A stretch of DNA of 57,358 bases, filler included, from Catajapyx aquilonaris (GCA_000934665.2; 2 parts of 2 records of this genome joined end to end with filler, not necessarily neighbours in it); one strand, 5' to 3'; shown: positions 12,731 to 24,748, counted from the first letter of the whole stretch. Numbers and translations are program-made. Notes: generated by a model from the letters alone, not told the origin.

Positions 12731-12844
12731 AGGTTCCGGGAACATCAACGAAGTTTCACAACAACAACATGAATAATAACGACAGCTAATAATAATAATA
12801 AATAATAAATAATTCTAATTAATACAGGTGACAACTAATAATAA

Positions 12845-13025
12845 CACATGAAAATAACTGGTAATGATTAAGCAGTGAAAATAACTAATTAGTGAGCAGT
12901 GAAAACAACTAGTAATGATTAGGCAGTGAAAATAACTAGTAATGATTAGGCAGTGAAAATAACTAGTAATGATTAGGCAGTGAAAATAACTAATTAGTGA
13001 GCAGTGAAAATAACTATTAGCTATT
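12845..13025. repeat. 24/27-bp AT-rich minisatellite
   Basis: Tandem AATAACTAGTAATGATTAGGCAGTGAA and a shorter variant. Confidence 0.85.
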
Positions 13026-13299
13026 TTCACTGATTAATTATGAAACAGCGAAAATAACCAATAAGTCTTATTAACAATAATAAATCTACAAATGACATGA
13101 CGACAACGGAAAAATATAACAATTAATAACTAAACAAGTAATAATTAAAATAATAGCTAATAATATTGGCTAATAATAGCTAATAATATTGGCTAATAAT
13201 AGCTAATAATACTAACACTAAAGACAGTTTTCATATGGCACCATCGATTGACGTCACATGTCTGGAGCCAGTTCTCTTTGCAAGAGGACTGGATCTGGA

Positions 13300-13795
13300 T
13301 AGTTTCAGTGTTGAACTCATCAAAGTGGACCGGCTCCGGAACGGGTCCGATTTTTCCACGATTTGCTTCTCATTCAACAGCAAATTTGATGCGATGACCT
13401 CAAGCGTTATTTTAGTAGCAGTGTCTAGTAGCCGCTATGTAAATGCGCATATTAGCTGTTTAAATAGCGTTTAGATCATCGACCCGGCCCGCTTCCGTGT
13501 GAACGCATCAAAGTGGACCAGGTCCTGTGTCAACGTGATTTGTGTCTCCCTGACCAGCAAATTGGATGCGATGATATTAAGCGTTATTTTAGTAACAGTG
13601 TGAAGTAGCTGCTATTATTATCCACTATTAGCTGTATCATCGCGTTTAAATGCTCGACCCAGCCCCCTTCCGGTGTCAACGTGATTTGTGTCTCATCAGA
13701 CAAAAAATTTGAAGAGATGAACTTAAGCGTTCTTTTAGTAGCTGATATCCTTATCCATTATTAGCTATATCATCACGTTTAGACGGGGCTGGACC
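13300..13795 (-). repeat. Three diverged tandem units of ~120-190 bp, possibly a decayed coding repeat (family E)
   Basis: Minus-strand translations TKITLEVIASNLLLNEKQI, TKITLNIIASNLLVRETQI and TKRTLKFISSNFLSDETQI. Confidence 0.65.
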
Positions 13796-14049
13796 TAGGT
13801 CACTTTCAACAATAAGTAGACAGCATTACTTTGAAGGTGCTGCACTCTGGAATAATCTGGCGTCAGCAGAATAAGAGGCTTAAAGTGGTCTTGATTTAAG
13901 GGAGAGACGGGGTGGGGGGTAGAATCAATTTGAAAAGTGGGAGGGCCAAGATGGCGACCCCCTTTCGATCTCCATGGGACTTAAGCTCTGTCCCCTTCTC
14001 CCCCTCTCCCCTTCTCAGAGGTCCGGGAGTGTCGGACGTGGATCATAAT

Positions 14050-14485
14050 GCTCTATTGTGCTCTCGGGAAGGACACGTTGGGACCCACAGAACCTGTCGT
14101 TGGGATCATGCCAACAGTTGGAGGGGGGAGGAGGAGAAGGATATTGCGAAAAGGAGGGAGGGAGGGAAATGGAGGGAAGGAAAGGGAGTTCGCCAGGGGA
14201 CTCGACCCCCTTTTACGGTTTTGTCGGATGGACACTCAGGCACCACCTTTAAGGGAAGGGGGGAAAAAACCTGTAGGGCCATCGGGTCCGACGACAACAA
14301 TAACCGGTACTCTCCTCGGCAAAAAGGTACACTCACCCTGACTCACCCCTTTGTAGCGTCATATGTATGGCTTTTAGGTGACCGCACCAATCCTGTCCGT
14401 CTCATGGCCCTGCCAGTCACGGTACGTCGCAATGCCGGATAATTTTAAGTAATAACGAGCGCGGGCGAGCTGAGCTCTTATTGTG
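14050..14485 (-). pseudogene. Decayed module, family D (WQGH..GAVTQKPY...GPNVS), copy 1
   Basis: 14365-14383 is the reverse complement of GGTCACCCAAAAGCCATAC with 1 mismatch. GPNVSF lies downstream. Coding strand is uncertain. Confidence 0.5.
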
Positions 14486-14929
14486 GGTTGTGTATCCGCC
14501 AACAACTCCGCATGTCAACGAACGTTATTGTGGATTTACCATGATAGTGTTGAAGGTAGGGCAGAATAATATCGTCACTCTTTCCTTTTGTAAGTGTTCA
14601 GACCGTGCATGGCGCGTTCAGTAACGTGTGTTAGTACCAGTTAAAGTTCGGTTTTTCTCTCCCTGAAAGCAAGCCACAGCAGGCTGGCGCATTATGTAAA
14701 TAAACCCGTCCGATGTTATGACTGCTGAGATCTGGTGGAATCGGCCCTAGTACGTGCTTGACACCACCTGCATACCAAAATCCTTTGTGCAAACCCTTAG
14801 ATTGAATACCCCAACTTTGAACCGGTTTGTTTTTGCACTTTCCTTTCGTTTTCTACACGAATTTAAAGGACCCCAGTTTTTTTTCTCCCTTCCAACAATG
14901 GTGGATGTCGAGAAGAGAAAACAAGTGTC

Positions 14930-14999
14930 GTGTTTGTCCTTTTCCCTTTTTTTCTGCAGGTGAGTGCCAAGGGTGGAATCAATAGAAAGCTGATGAAAG
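14930..14999 (+). promoter_or_regulatory. Candidate recursive splice site
   Basis: Long pyrimidine tract, then CAG|GTGAGT at 14959/14960. Second donor AAG|GTAAAG 40 nt downstream. Confidence 0.5.
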
Positions 15000-15099
15000 G
15001 TAAAGTGATGGGAGTTATCCTTGTTTGAGAAGGAAATTGGGCTGGAGTGCGTGTTAGGGCAGAGCTATGCTGCGGAAGGGCGGACACCACCAGGCACGT

Positions 15100-15550
15100 A
15101 CAGTCGCAGAAAGGAGTAAGGTAGCAGATCTGAAGCTCAAATTAGCCTCCGAGAGAGGCGATCCTCATTGTACCTCACGACTCGCGACGAGACGTAAAGG
15201 ACAATAAGCGCCAAGCTCACTTTCGTAATTCATTAAAATCATCGCCCCATGCGACGTACCGTGCCTGGCATGGCCACATAACTGGGACGGTCACCCAAAA
15301 GCCATACAGATGATACTAACACCTCTACACGTCCAAGCAGCTGCGGTGGGTACTGACGATTTTATTTGGCCACAAATTATTGGCTCTACAGCACTACAGT
15401 TATCATAATTAGTGTCTCGTGTGAATGACGCTACATATGAAGGTTTCCTCCACCTTTCGGAATAATCGGTGGATCCGAAGCCAAACGTCAGTAATGAAGT
15501 GTTTGGGTTGTTTGCGAAAGGAGAGACTCTCTTGTGCCAGCAGAGGCAGC
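15100..15550 (+). pseudogene. Decayed module, family D, copy 2
   Basis: AERSKVADL...YRAWHGHITGTVTQKPY...PKPNVSNEV. Confidence 0.5.
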
Positions 15551-16434
15551 AGCAGAAGCGGCTGGGTACTTAACGTTATTGCCTAGAGGCTGTAAACAAA
15601 GTTATTATCTAAGCTCTTCTCCGGTGTGTTGCTCTTCTCTCCTTCTCTCATTGTGATCAATAGACTCATAAAGAGATTTAGCACGGGCGACAGCAGGTTC
15701 TGCTCCTGGAAATTATTGGATTCTAAAGTACCTTTTTGGAACAGATATGTGATGGAAAAAGGGCATAAGTGACCTCATATGGCAGTTGTTACGCCCCTAA
15801 CGAGAGGGCAGGGGCGTCTGTGTGTAGCTAGTAATGTGACGGCCTGCGAGGTCGCCCCACGTTGGGCGCCATTGTGAGGGCTGACCGCCTCAGGTGGGCA
15901 CTAATGGTCTCGTTCAGAATGGGCACAGGGCACAGAAGCTGCTGGATGGCGTCGATTTCTACGGAGAGCTGTGTGAATTCTAGAGGTGAAGATGGTCCCA
16001 CAAGTCAGACAAGTCTGGCACAAGAAGTAGGCACAAAAGAGTGGGGGTCCATCCTCCAGGGAGACCCGTGGGCGGCGCCTGCTCTCTGTGGTCGCCACTT
16101 GGCCTCTTCTCGGGCTCAAAATTTGATATCGATTCCCCCACTGGACTGGGGTTTAGCAGAGAGGGGAGAGGAGGTGATGTCCTGAGGGAGACCGAACGGG
16201 AGACCACTGCCATGCATGTGCTGACACCCCAAAAAAGGAGAGAATCCGGAGAATAGGGTTTTGTCGCAAATGGACGACACCAGCTACTCATTTTCTTCAG
16301 GGGGAATTCGATTTTTAGGAGAGGGATTGCAGTGGGGGTGGATTCTTTCATGGACATGATATCTTAAATAATTGGAAGCTTTAAGAAATGTGCCAGATGA
16401 AAATGGCCCATTGGCAAAGCCACAATAACGTTCG

Positions 16435-16936
16435 TTGGCCTGCGGTGCACCTGATGGACTGTTTCTGGCTTATACACAACCCACAATTAACTCAAATGAT
16501 CTAGCAAATGGGATATACCCTGCCTGGCAGGGCCACAAGGCTGGTGCGGTCACCCAAAAGCCATACGTATATGACACCAACATGTCTCGCAGCCCAGGGA
16601 GCGCAGAAATTCATTTCTTCCGTTTCTTTCCGAGGAATAAACTTTTTATATACTCGCATCTTCATGGATATGTTACTGTGTGTGACATGGGGGGAAGTTG
16701 GACCAGGGTTGGACGTACTTAAATTCGTCCGAAAATAAACGATGCGCTTTATGGATGTGACCAACCACCCATTTAATTGCGCAAATTTGAACTTGTCCGG
16801 TTTAATCCCGGGGCCTAACAGTAACGAAGTGTCGAAAAGCACGTTACGTCTCTTTTTTGAGGGGGGTCCCAACATAATTCAGTGGCGCAGTGTAGCCAAC
16901 GACATTTGTCATGTGACACACACTAGGCCCGGGTAG
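16435..16936 (+). pseudogene. Decayed module, family D, copy 3 (best preserved)
   Basis: YPAWQGHKAGAVTQKPYVYDTN...PGPNSNEV. One apparent frameshift in a G-run and one stop. Confidence 0.5.
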
Positions 16937-18974
16937 CAAATTATCCGCGCGTTAAAATTAGGTAATGGACGCTTTAATAGACTCACTGTTTACAACACCC
17001 CTAGTTCGCGTGACCGTTTTTCAAATAAAAAATAAAAAAATACACTTTAAAAAAATTCTATAACACCTTTTAGTTAGTTTCGCTCTCTGAATATGCGATA
17101 TCAGTTAATCAGTAGCTGTCAGCAACATTAGTCTCTTTTTTTTTTCTTTCGTTTCTTCGATTTTTATTTTGAACAATTTGGGTGGGGGCTTTGCAGCGTG
17201 GGAATGGTAACAATCCGATGGTTCTATTGAAAGAGACGTGACCGTAATGCGGGAAAGCATTTAGCAGACTTTTGGAGGCGGGTTTGGTGCACCTGTCTCA
17301 TTAGCGGGGGAAATTTAGCATCAGAAGTAGTTTCTGCGCAGAGGAGGGGGGGGAGGGGGAGGGGGACAGAGAGAGAAAAGCGGCTTCCCGGAGTAATTGC
17401 GGGTAATAGAAAAGTTGCAGACAAAAAAAAAGTTTTCGCCAAAGTGAATTTTTTTATCGCTGCTTGGATTCGTGTATATATACAGTGTTACTAACCAATT
17501 TCGCAATTTTTTTCTGAATTATTGTTACGAGAGTGAAACTCATGCTAAAACTTGGAAACACTGGCATAGTACAATATTCCTTACGTACATAGCACACTAC
17601 AAAATAATGTACTAATGACATACCGTGGAGAGAGGCACTTTTACATATGATTAAACCTTTAGCAGTTACCAATTTTGCGAACTTTTGCAGCGTTGCGTAT
17701 TATTAAACTGTTGGGTTACAGCAGTTATTAATACAGTATTAGTGCTCATATTAGGTCGATGGAACATTCTGCAAGATTCAAATAACCAATTTTGCTAATT
17801 TTTACACTTTTACTTATTAAACAGCTATAACAGTTGGAAGCCATCACCAAGTATGGTTACAGCAGTTATCGCAAATTATAAGGTTGATCGATGCATATTA
17901 TTTTTGCAATGATTTGCGATCCGTAGAGGGCAGCCTTGTTAGCAAGCAGTTAATTAGCGATAACTACAGCTGGTAATTATTGGAATATGCCGTATTATTA
18001 ACGGTTCGTTCATAATAGAGGAAACACCGCGATTTCATCATGGGATGGCAATTTTAACCATCAGTTAAGTTTCAACAGAGGGCCAGTTAAATTCATCGAT
18101 ACAAAAATAACTGGTGATTAATTTTCACATATCGTTAAGCCTGGATGATGTGTATGCCTGTTAAATGAACAATTCAAGTAATCACTTTTAGACTTGTGAT
18201 ACATAACCTGGAATTAAATTTTAGTAAAAATTTAACCTGGTGGCTCCAACCTTTTAACCGATCGTTAAGCTAACGGCCGTTTAATTGACGTATGAACAAA
18301 TTCTTAGCGAAAAGGCTGCTGAAATGCGGTACATTACTGTAGGCCTAATAGGCTACTATTCTGTAAACTCTGAACATTAACCACCGGTTAAATTCATGTA
18401 TCTTTCGCACAGATTCCTCTGGAGCATTGGCCGGACTGCATGATAAACCGGCCGTATATCACTGGCTGCCAGGCCTGTCCAAAGTGGATATGATGTATAT
18501 ACCCCGGGTTTTGTTGACGTCTCGGTGCAAACGCGATTAACCGTCCGATCCCTGGGATTGTGTGCACCAACATAACGAAAAAGAGGGGGGAAATTGGATT
18601 AGTAAGCGGCTCCCGGCCTCTCTTGCCCCGATTAATCCCGACTGAAGAAAACGCAATAAAAGGTTCTCAGAGAAGAGCCTATAGGAGGAACATAATTGCT
18701 CCAATCCCTGTACAGCCCTCTTCAATCCTAGTTCCCCACACATGTCAAAACCACGGTTAAAACGCTAATCACGGCAACCTACTCTGACGTGCGTTCATTT
18801 ACTCGCCAGTTAAATTGACCCGTTAAAAGGCCTGAATTTTGGTTGTGGAGCCAGCTCATGTTAATTGGATCGCTAGGAACGGATAACGTGATCGATCACT
18901 GCTATTCAATGTAGCAGTTATCAGCGTATCAGTTAGTTAAAAGGTAAGCGAAACCGATAGATAACTGTCATCCG

Positions 18975-20498
18975 TTTAGGAAAGTGGGGCAAGTCTGAAC
19001 AGGGAGAAAGTAAGTTCATGTTCGAACTTTCCCAATGTCCGGACTTTCCCAATGTCCGGACTTTCACAATGTCTGGACTTTCACAATGTCCGGACTTTCC
19101 CAATGTTCGGACTTGCCCCCATCTCTGGACTTGCTCCGTGTTCGGACTTGCCATACGTTCCTATTTGCTCCGAGTTCGGACTTGCCATACGTTCCTATTT
19201 GCCCCGTGTTCAGACTTACCCCACTACCCCATGTCAGGTCAGGAAAGTGGGGCAATTATGTAAATGATGCAAATCAGAGCGTCCTTTGTGGTCTGGAACT
19301 TTTGGCGAATCTGTCTAAACATGCGTTACTGTTGTGTATGTTAAGGATATCTAGTGACGGCGCGGCGTCTGTGCCAATATTTATAGTTATATTTCATGCT
19401 ACGTTTGTGTAACTAGACCATCTGATTATCCTAGTTATGTTTATAATTTTCGCATGTGTCGCATCACTTCAAGAGCAACACGTAGTTGACCCTGCCTCCA
19501 AGTAGAGTCCAATTTCTCGTAATTTTAAAACTGACCTGGCACCACAAATCCGAACAGGGAGCAAGTATGTCCATGTTAGAACTTGCTCCATGTTCGGACT
19601 TGCTCCCATCTGTAGACTTTCCCATTGTTCGGAATTGCCAAACTTTCGGACTTACCCCATGCCAGGCCAGGAAAGTGGGGCAAGTCCGAACATGGATCAA
19701 GTTGGACCATGTTAGGACTTTCCCCACGTTCCTACTTGCTTCGTGTTCGGACTTACCCCATGTCATGTCAGGAAAGTGGGGTGTCCGAACAGGGAGAAAG
19801 TATGCCCATGTTAGGACTTTCTTCATGTTCGGACTTGCCCCCATCTTTAGACTTGCCTCGTGTTCGGACTTACCCCATGTCAGGTTGGGAAAGTGGGTCA
19901 AATCCAAACACGGGGAAAGTCCTACCATAAGGGCAAGTCCGAACATTCGGTAAGTTCGAACTTTCTCCAAGTTCGGACTTGCCCCACTCTCCTAATCTGG
20001 GAATAGTTTCCCTTGTTCCATTCCTTTCATTCAATCTTCATGTTCGGACTTGCCCAATTCTCCTCCTTGCTCCATGTTGGGACTTACCCCATGCCAGGTT
20101 AGGAAAGTGGGGAAAGTCCGAACACTGGGAGAGTCCGAACATGAAGAAAGTTGGACCATGTTCGGGCTTTCCCCACGTTCCTACTTGTTCCGTGTTCGGA
20201 CTTACCCCATGCCAGGTTAGGAAAGTGGGGAAAGTCCGAACACTGGGAGAGTCCGAACATGAAGAAAGTTGGACCATGTTCGGGCTTTCCCCACGTTCCT
20301 ACTTGTTCCGTGTTCGGACTTACCCCATGTCATGTCAGTAAAGTGGGGTAAGTCCGAACAGGGAGCAAGTATGCCCATGTTAGAACTTGCTCCATGTTAC
20401 CACTTGCCCCCATCTTTAGACTTGCCCCGTGTTCGGACTTACCCCATGTCAGGTTAGGAAAGTGGAGAATGTCCGAACACTGGGCAAGTCCGAACATG
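18975..20498. repeat. Complex foldback satellite built from a ~17-bp core in both orientations
   Basis: Dozens of TGTTCGGACTT(G/A)CCCCA and TGGGGCAAGTCCGAACA units. Exact ~118-bp duplication starting at 20081 and 20199. Unique interruption at ~19262-19520. Confidence 0.9.
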
Positions 20499-21844
20499 AC
20501 GCTTGAATATCTTGGTTTAGGGACAGGACGAGGGGCAGGATATATCGCTGACCATAGTTCAACTCCTAAATGTGTGTTCACAAGCTGACGAGAATCTGTC
20601 GTACTTTAAGCGAGAAGCCAATTCTCGCTCGCGCTAAATACTCTCGAATTCACTCATAAAACACCGATTCTCTGCAGCTTATGAACAGAGCCTTTTATGC
20701 AGTTTGTAGCCATTAATTTAACTGGCGGTTAAGCCGGTTGTGGTTATCCAACAGTGCTACAGTGCTATGTCTCTAGGGCTCTTAAACCCCACGTCACACA
20801 CTCGCTGCATTCAGCGAGAAACTTGTCAAGCGCAGTTTGTGTGCGGTATCCGCGCCACCCTCACGCAAAGTGGTGGAAATGAAAATAAATTTCTGGCTGA
20901 ACACCCTGCCGTCTGACGGTAACCGCAAGAAACACCCCGTTTTCCTTTTTAAAAACACCGAGCGTTCTTCTCGTTCGCTTCTAAAACTCCCAAGGCTTTT
21001 AACCCGCTTCAGAAGCCTTTGCGGTGGGCAAACCCCAAAACCAATCTTCGCACCCGCTTCGCCGCACGCTTTTGCTGCTGACGTCATCCTTTCCACCCAA
21101 AAGGTGCGGTCTGGCCTTGGGGGAGTTAAACCCTTGTTTTGTAAATTGGACCTTCAGGAAGCTTCCTAAAGCGATTTCTTTTCTGTAAAGAAAAAAAAGC
21201 GAGAAAAATACTCGCTCCTAAAATGGAGTCCGAAGCCCATTTCACGCTCTTCTGACCCTTTGAATGCGGATTATGAGGGGGGGATGGGGGGTCTCAGAAT
21301 AATTAGCGAGAATCATTATTCACGGCGGAGGCTTTTGCTTTTTAGCGGAAAACTTACCGATTTGCAAATTAACATCTAGCGAGAGCAGAATGCTTGCAGA
21401 AATTCAGACAAATTTTTTGCACGCTTATTCAGGACGGGCGAACAAATATGCATGCAATCAACACGTTTGGGTGTCAGGCAACTCGAGCTAGATTCTGTGT
21501 TAGTAAAGGGTTGACGCTAACGGAAAAGCGTGCACGCTACATTTCGAAACACGCTTTAAAGCGAGCTAGTAGCGGGCTCGCTTGCTCGTGTGTAGCGAGC
21601 GTTCAGATCAACTTTGACTCGATTTTTAGACTTGTTCTCGTCGAGAAAAAAAAAAGTCTTATAGAACGGCTCTGTCTGTCTGTCTGTGGACATGTATCAG
21701 GGACTAAACCGGAAGAGAGAGCGACAAACAATTTTCGGATTCGGATTCAGCGGACCCTAAATAGGTTTCATGGCCAACTTCTGGTGTTTTCCTGGTTCAC
21801 TATATCCGCTAAGGTCAAGTCTACATGCTTTAGAAATTATTTTG

Positions 21845-21929
21845 CAGTTGAATCAGGATATAACAGACCTTGGTTATAACAGACTGATTTCCGCGGTCCC
21901 TTGAAGTCTGTTATATCCAGATTCAACTG
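21845..21929. mobile_element. 85-bp pogo/Tigger-like MITE
   Basis: TIRs CAGTTGAATC.GGATATAACAGAC, internal GGTCCCTTGAAG, 3' TA (5' flank reads TG). Confidence 0.8.
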
Positions 21930-22399
21930 TAATTAGTTTACTTGGCAACGTGGAATGAGACTGACAACATTCTAAGTTATTGTTGTCAACATTTGAACTT
22001 GAGAAAAAGTCGACTCAAAACAAGCTCGCGTGATTTGCCAATCTTGTTTAACCCATATGTGTCTGGATTATTTCTCGCTAATTTTTAAAAACATTTTACA
22101 AGCAAAATTAAACTTAAAATCTAACAAATAGGACGGTAGGAATGTCTGGGTCAACAACTGTGATAGTAGTGATTCCGTTGCCAAAATTTGGCAACACCGC
22201 CTAGCCCGCTCCCCACAATATGCCACTATACCAAATGGAGCGCACACTACTCACACCCCACGTGGTAACTATGGTAACTATACATGCACCTATGTGATGA
22301 GTCAACGAGTGTATGGACAGATTCACGCCTAGCCAATTCTATTTGCATGATGATTGACAAAAAGCAAGTGCGATTTTGTTGTTTGGTCGTTTGATCACA

Positions 22400-22435
22400 C
22401 GATACTAATATTTACACTCTTCTTTTCAGGTAAGC
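22400..22435 (+). promoter_or_regulatory. Candidate recursive splice site
   Basis: Branch-like TACTAAT (22403), pyrimidine tract, then TTTTCAG|GTAAGC at 22429/22430. Confidence 0.5.
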
Positions 22436-22500
22436 TGTTGTCGGATGCGAAGTGCGAGTGTGATGATTCTGCGAGCAGATAAGATATTTTAAAACTCTTA

Positions 22501-22664
22501 TGACGCGTTTATTAGATGTGAGCGATTTGATCAGCGATTTGATCAGCGATGAGCAAAAGTAATAATCGTGGTAACAAGTACATTTTTGATCCCTAAAAAT
22601 TAGTCGTTTCATCTCTCAGAGATGTAGGCATCGCTGATCAAATCGCTCACATGAAAACGCGGCC
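22501..22664. mobile_element. PIF/Harbinger-type MITE
   Basis: TTA on both sides. TIR core ATGTGAGCGATTTGATCAGCGAT / ATCGCTGATCAAATCGCTCACAT. Confidence 0.8.
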
Positions 22665-23684
22665 TTAAAAGATGGTTATTTTTCACTTCAGCCAGTAGAA
22701 TATACAGTGCTTATGACGCCGAGAGTCGCTGGCGGCAAAATAGGGAATCGAAGTGATGAATTGGAAGAGATTTTCAGTCTGCAGATCTCAAGTGGACTGG
22801 CCCCAAATATCACTTTTGAGTATATAGCCGGATATGATGATAGCGAGAGTGGGTGGATATGTAGCGAGCGAGGAATCTCCCAATTTTGAGCGAGGCGAGG
22901 TTTCAATTTAGCTTGAAATTCCATTAACTCTTGGAAGAAAAATAAAGGAAGCAGCCCAAATTAGGCGTTTCCAAGGAATCAGCCCCCCGCTTTTCCGGGC
23001 AGGAAGCCACCCAAACTCGCTTTTCGGTTAAGGAAATCAGGCGAAAGTAGAACCCCCCCCCCTCTCTCTCTCTCTCGAATAGCTTTTCTGGATCCAGCCA
23101 ATCAGAGCAGAGTCAGCGAGAAGCATAGCCTTGCGCGCCTTACAATAATACCTAACTCTCGGGGCCACACTAAAACATTTGCGCTTGAAAGGTCGCATTC
23201 AAAGTCGCGGGCGACAACTTTCTCCGCGGGTTTTCGAAAAAAAAACTCAAAAAGTTGATTCCCAACCAAGCTCCCCCACTCGCTTCCAAACTTTCAGTTT
23301 TCGCGGCCTGTTGGCGCGTGATCGCACGCTCCGGAAGCCGCTGTGTGAATCAGAGAACTCAAGGCGACCGATTCACGCCGCAAAACCAAGTGGCAACATT
23401 GATCTGAGGACCAATAATGGCGTCGATCATTTGGACCAAAAATGGCGGCTTTACATGGTGCGTTTTCAAACTTTCTGAAGAATGAGTGTGTCGTCATCTG
23501 CGACGTAAGTTCTCATGTTGACCAATGAGTGACGCAAACTATCCAGAAATAATTCTCTAATTTAAAAAAAAACTTTTTAATAACACGCTTTATGAGGTAG
23601 CGAACTCGATTCTGAAAGCCTGGCACTCCGCCGCTCGCCGTCTAGCGTGGAGGTTGCGAACTTACCAAGTCACGTGACTATCTC

Positions 23685-24011
23685 CCGCTAGATGGTGTGG
23701 AAATCGCGAACTCACCCCCTAACATGACTACCTCCCACTAGATGGTGTGGAAGTTGCGAACTCACCCCTAACATGACGACCTACCACTAGATGGTGTGGA
23801 AGTTGCGAACTCACCCCCTAACATGACTACCTACAACTAGATGGTGTGGAAGTTGCGAACTCACCCCTAACATGACGACCTACCACTAGATGGTGTGGAA
23901 GTTGCGAACTCACCCCCTAACATGACTACCTACAACTAGATGGTGTGGAAGTCGCGAACTCACCCCCTAACATGACTATCTACCACTAGATGGTGTGGAA
24001 GTTGCGAACTC
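23685..24011. repeat. 49/50-bp minisatellite, about 7 units
   Basis: CTAGATGGTGTGGAAGTTGCGAACTCACCCCTAACATGACTACCTACCA at 23688, 23738, 23787, 23837, 23886, 23936 and 23986. Confidence 0.95.
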
Positions 24012-24455
24012 TCAATAATCCTCTTTGTGGCTAAAAGTTATCAGCTTTAGATACTGATTACATTGCTACAATTCTGCTCAAATCATCCGCTAATCTCATA
24101 CTGGAAAAAGCTGCTTGATTAAAGAGATGGTTATTTCTGGTTGCAGCTATCAAAAATTAGGTTGAAAGAGAGCAATATTTATTCAGGCCATTTGCGAGTG
24201 ACATGGAGTAGGGCTGCTTGAACACAAATTATGAAGAGAATCTCCGCTTATTATCAGGCATTATCTATATGCGCGGAATTTTTCCAAGTTTTGATATAAC
24301 AAGTCATTTTTTGTAAAGTTTTTTTTAAATACAAATGTTGCCTGCAAACGGATGTGAATTGATATTTATGTATATGTACAGTGATTTCGAGTGCGGTAAT
24401 GTTCGTCTCTGAGCGCAAACATACTCCCCCTGTAAAAACTCTGGTTAAACTGATG

Positions 24456-24748
24456 GCCTCCCAAAAACACACAGATAGCGGACCAATTAAAAAATTTGAA
24501 AAAATGGGCCCATTATTGGCCAGACTGGTATCGTTGGACGGCGGTTTTTGTGCCTTGTTCATACAAGGCAGTGTTTTTGAAACACTCGGAATGTACCGAG
24601 GGGGGGGGGGCAGGAAAATATCATAAATAAATGAATATTTTCCCCACCCCCTTTTTACAGGGGGTTTGAACAAGCTCTATAACTGGGCAATGGTGAGAGT
24701 TTTAAAAAGCTTTTTAATTGGCCGAGAGAGGAGAGATATTTAGGAGGC
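24456..24748. repeat. Old diverged inverted repeat
   Basis: GCCTCC.AAA...CGG.CCAATTAAAAA...TTG.CCAG...CTTGTTCA at 24456-24565 is mirrored at 24662-24748. Confidence 0.6.

Noticed and set aside
18933..20588. Many overlapping ORFs or a CRISPR array
   Set aside because: The ORFs are by-products of a stop-poor satellite. Repeats occur in both orientations without unique spacers.
20790..21100. Integrase zinc-binding remnant (ALDKFLAECSEC, minus strand)
   Set aside because: Only a CxxC with weak context. No HH pair or DDE core follows.
23685..24011. CRISPR array
   Set aside because: Units are near-identical along their whole length, there are no cas genes, and the context is eukaryotic.
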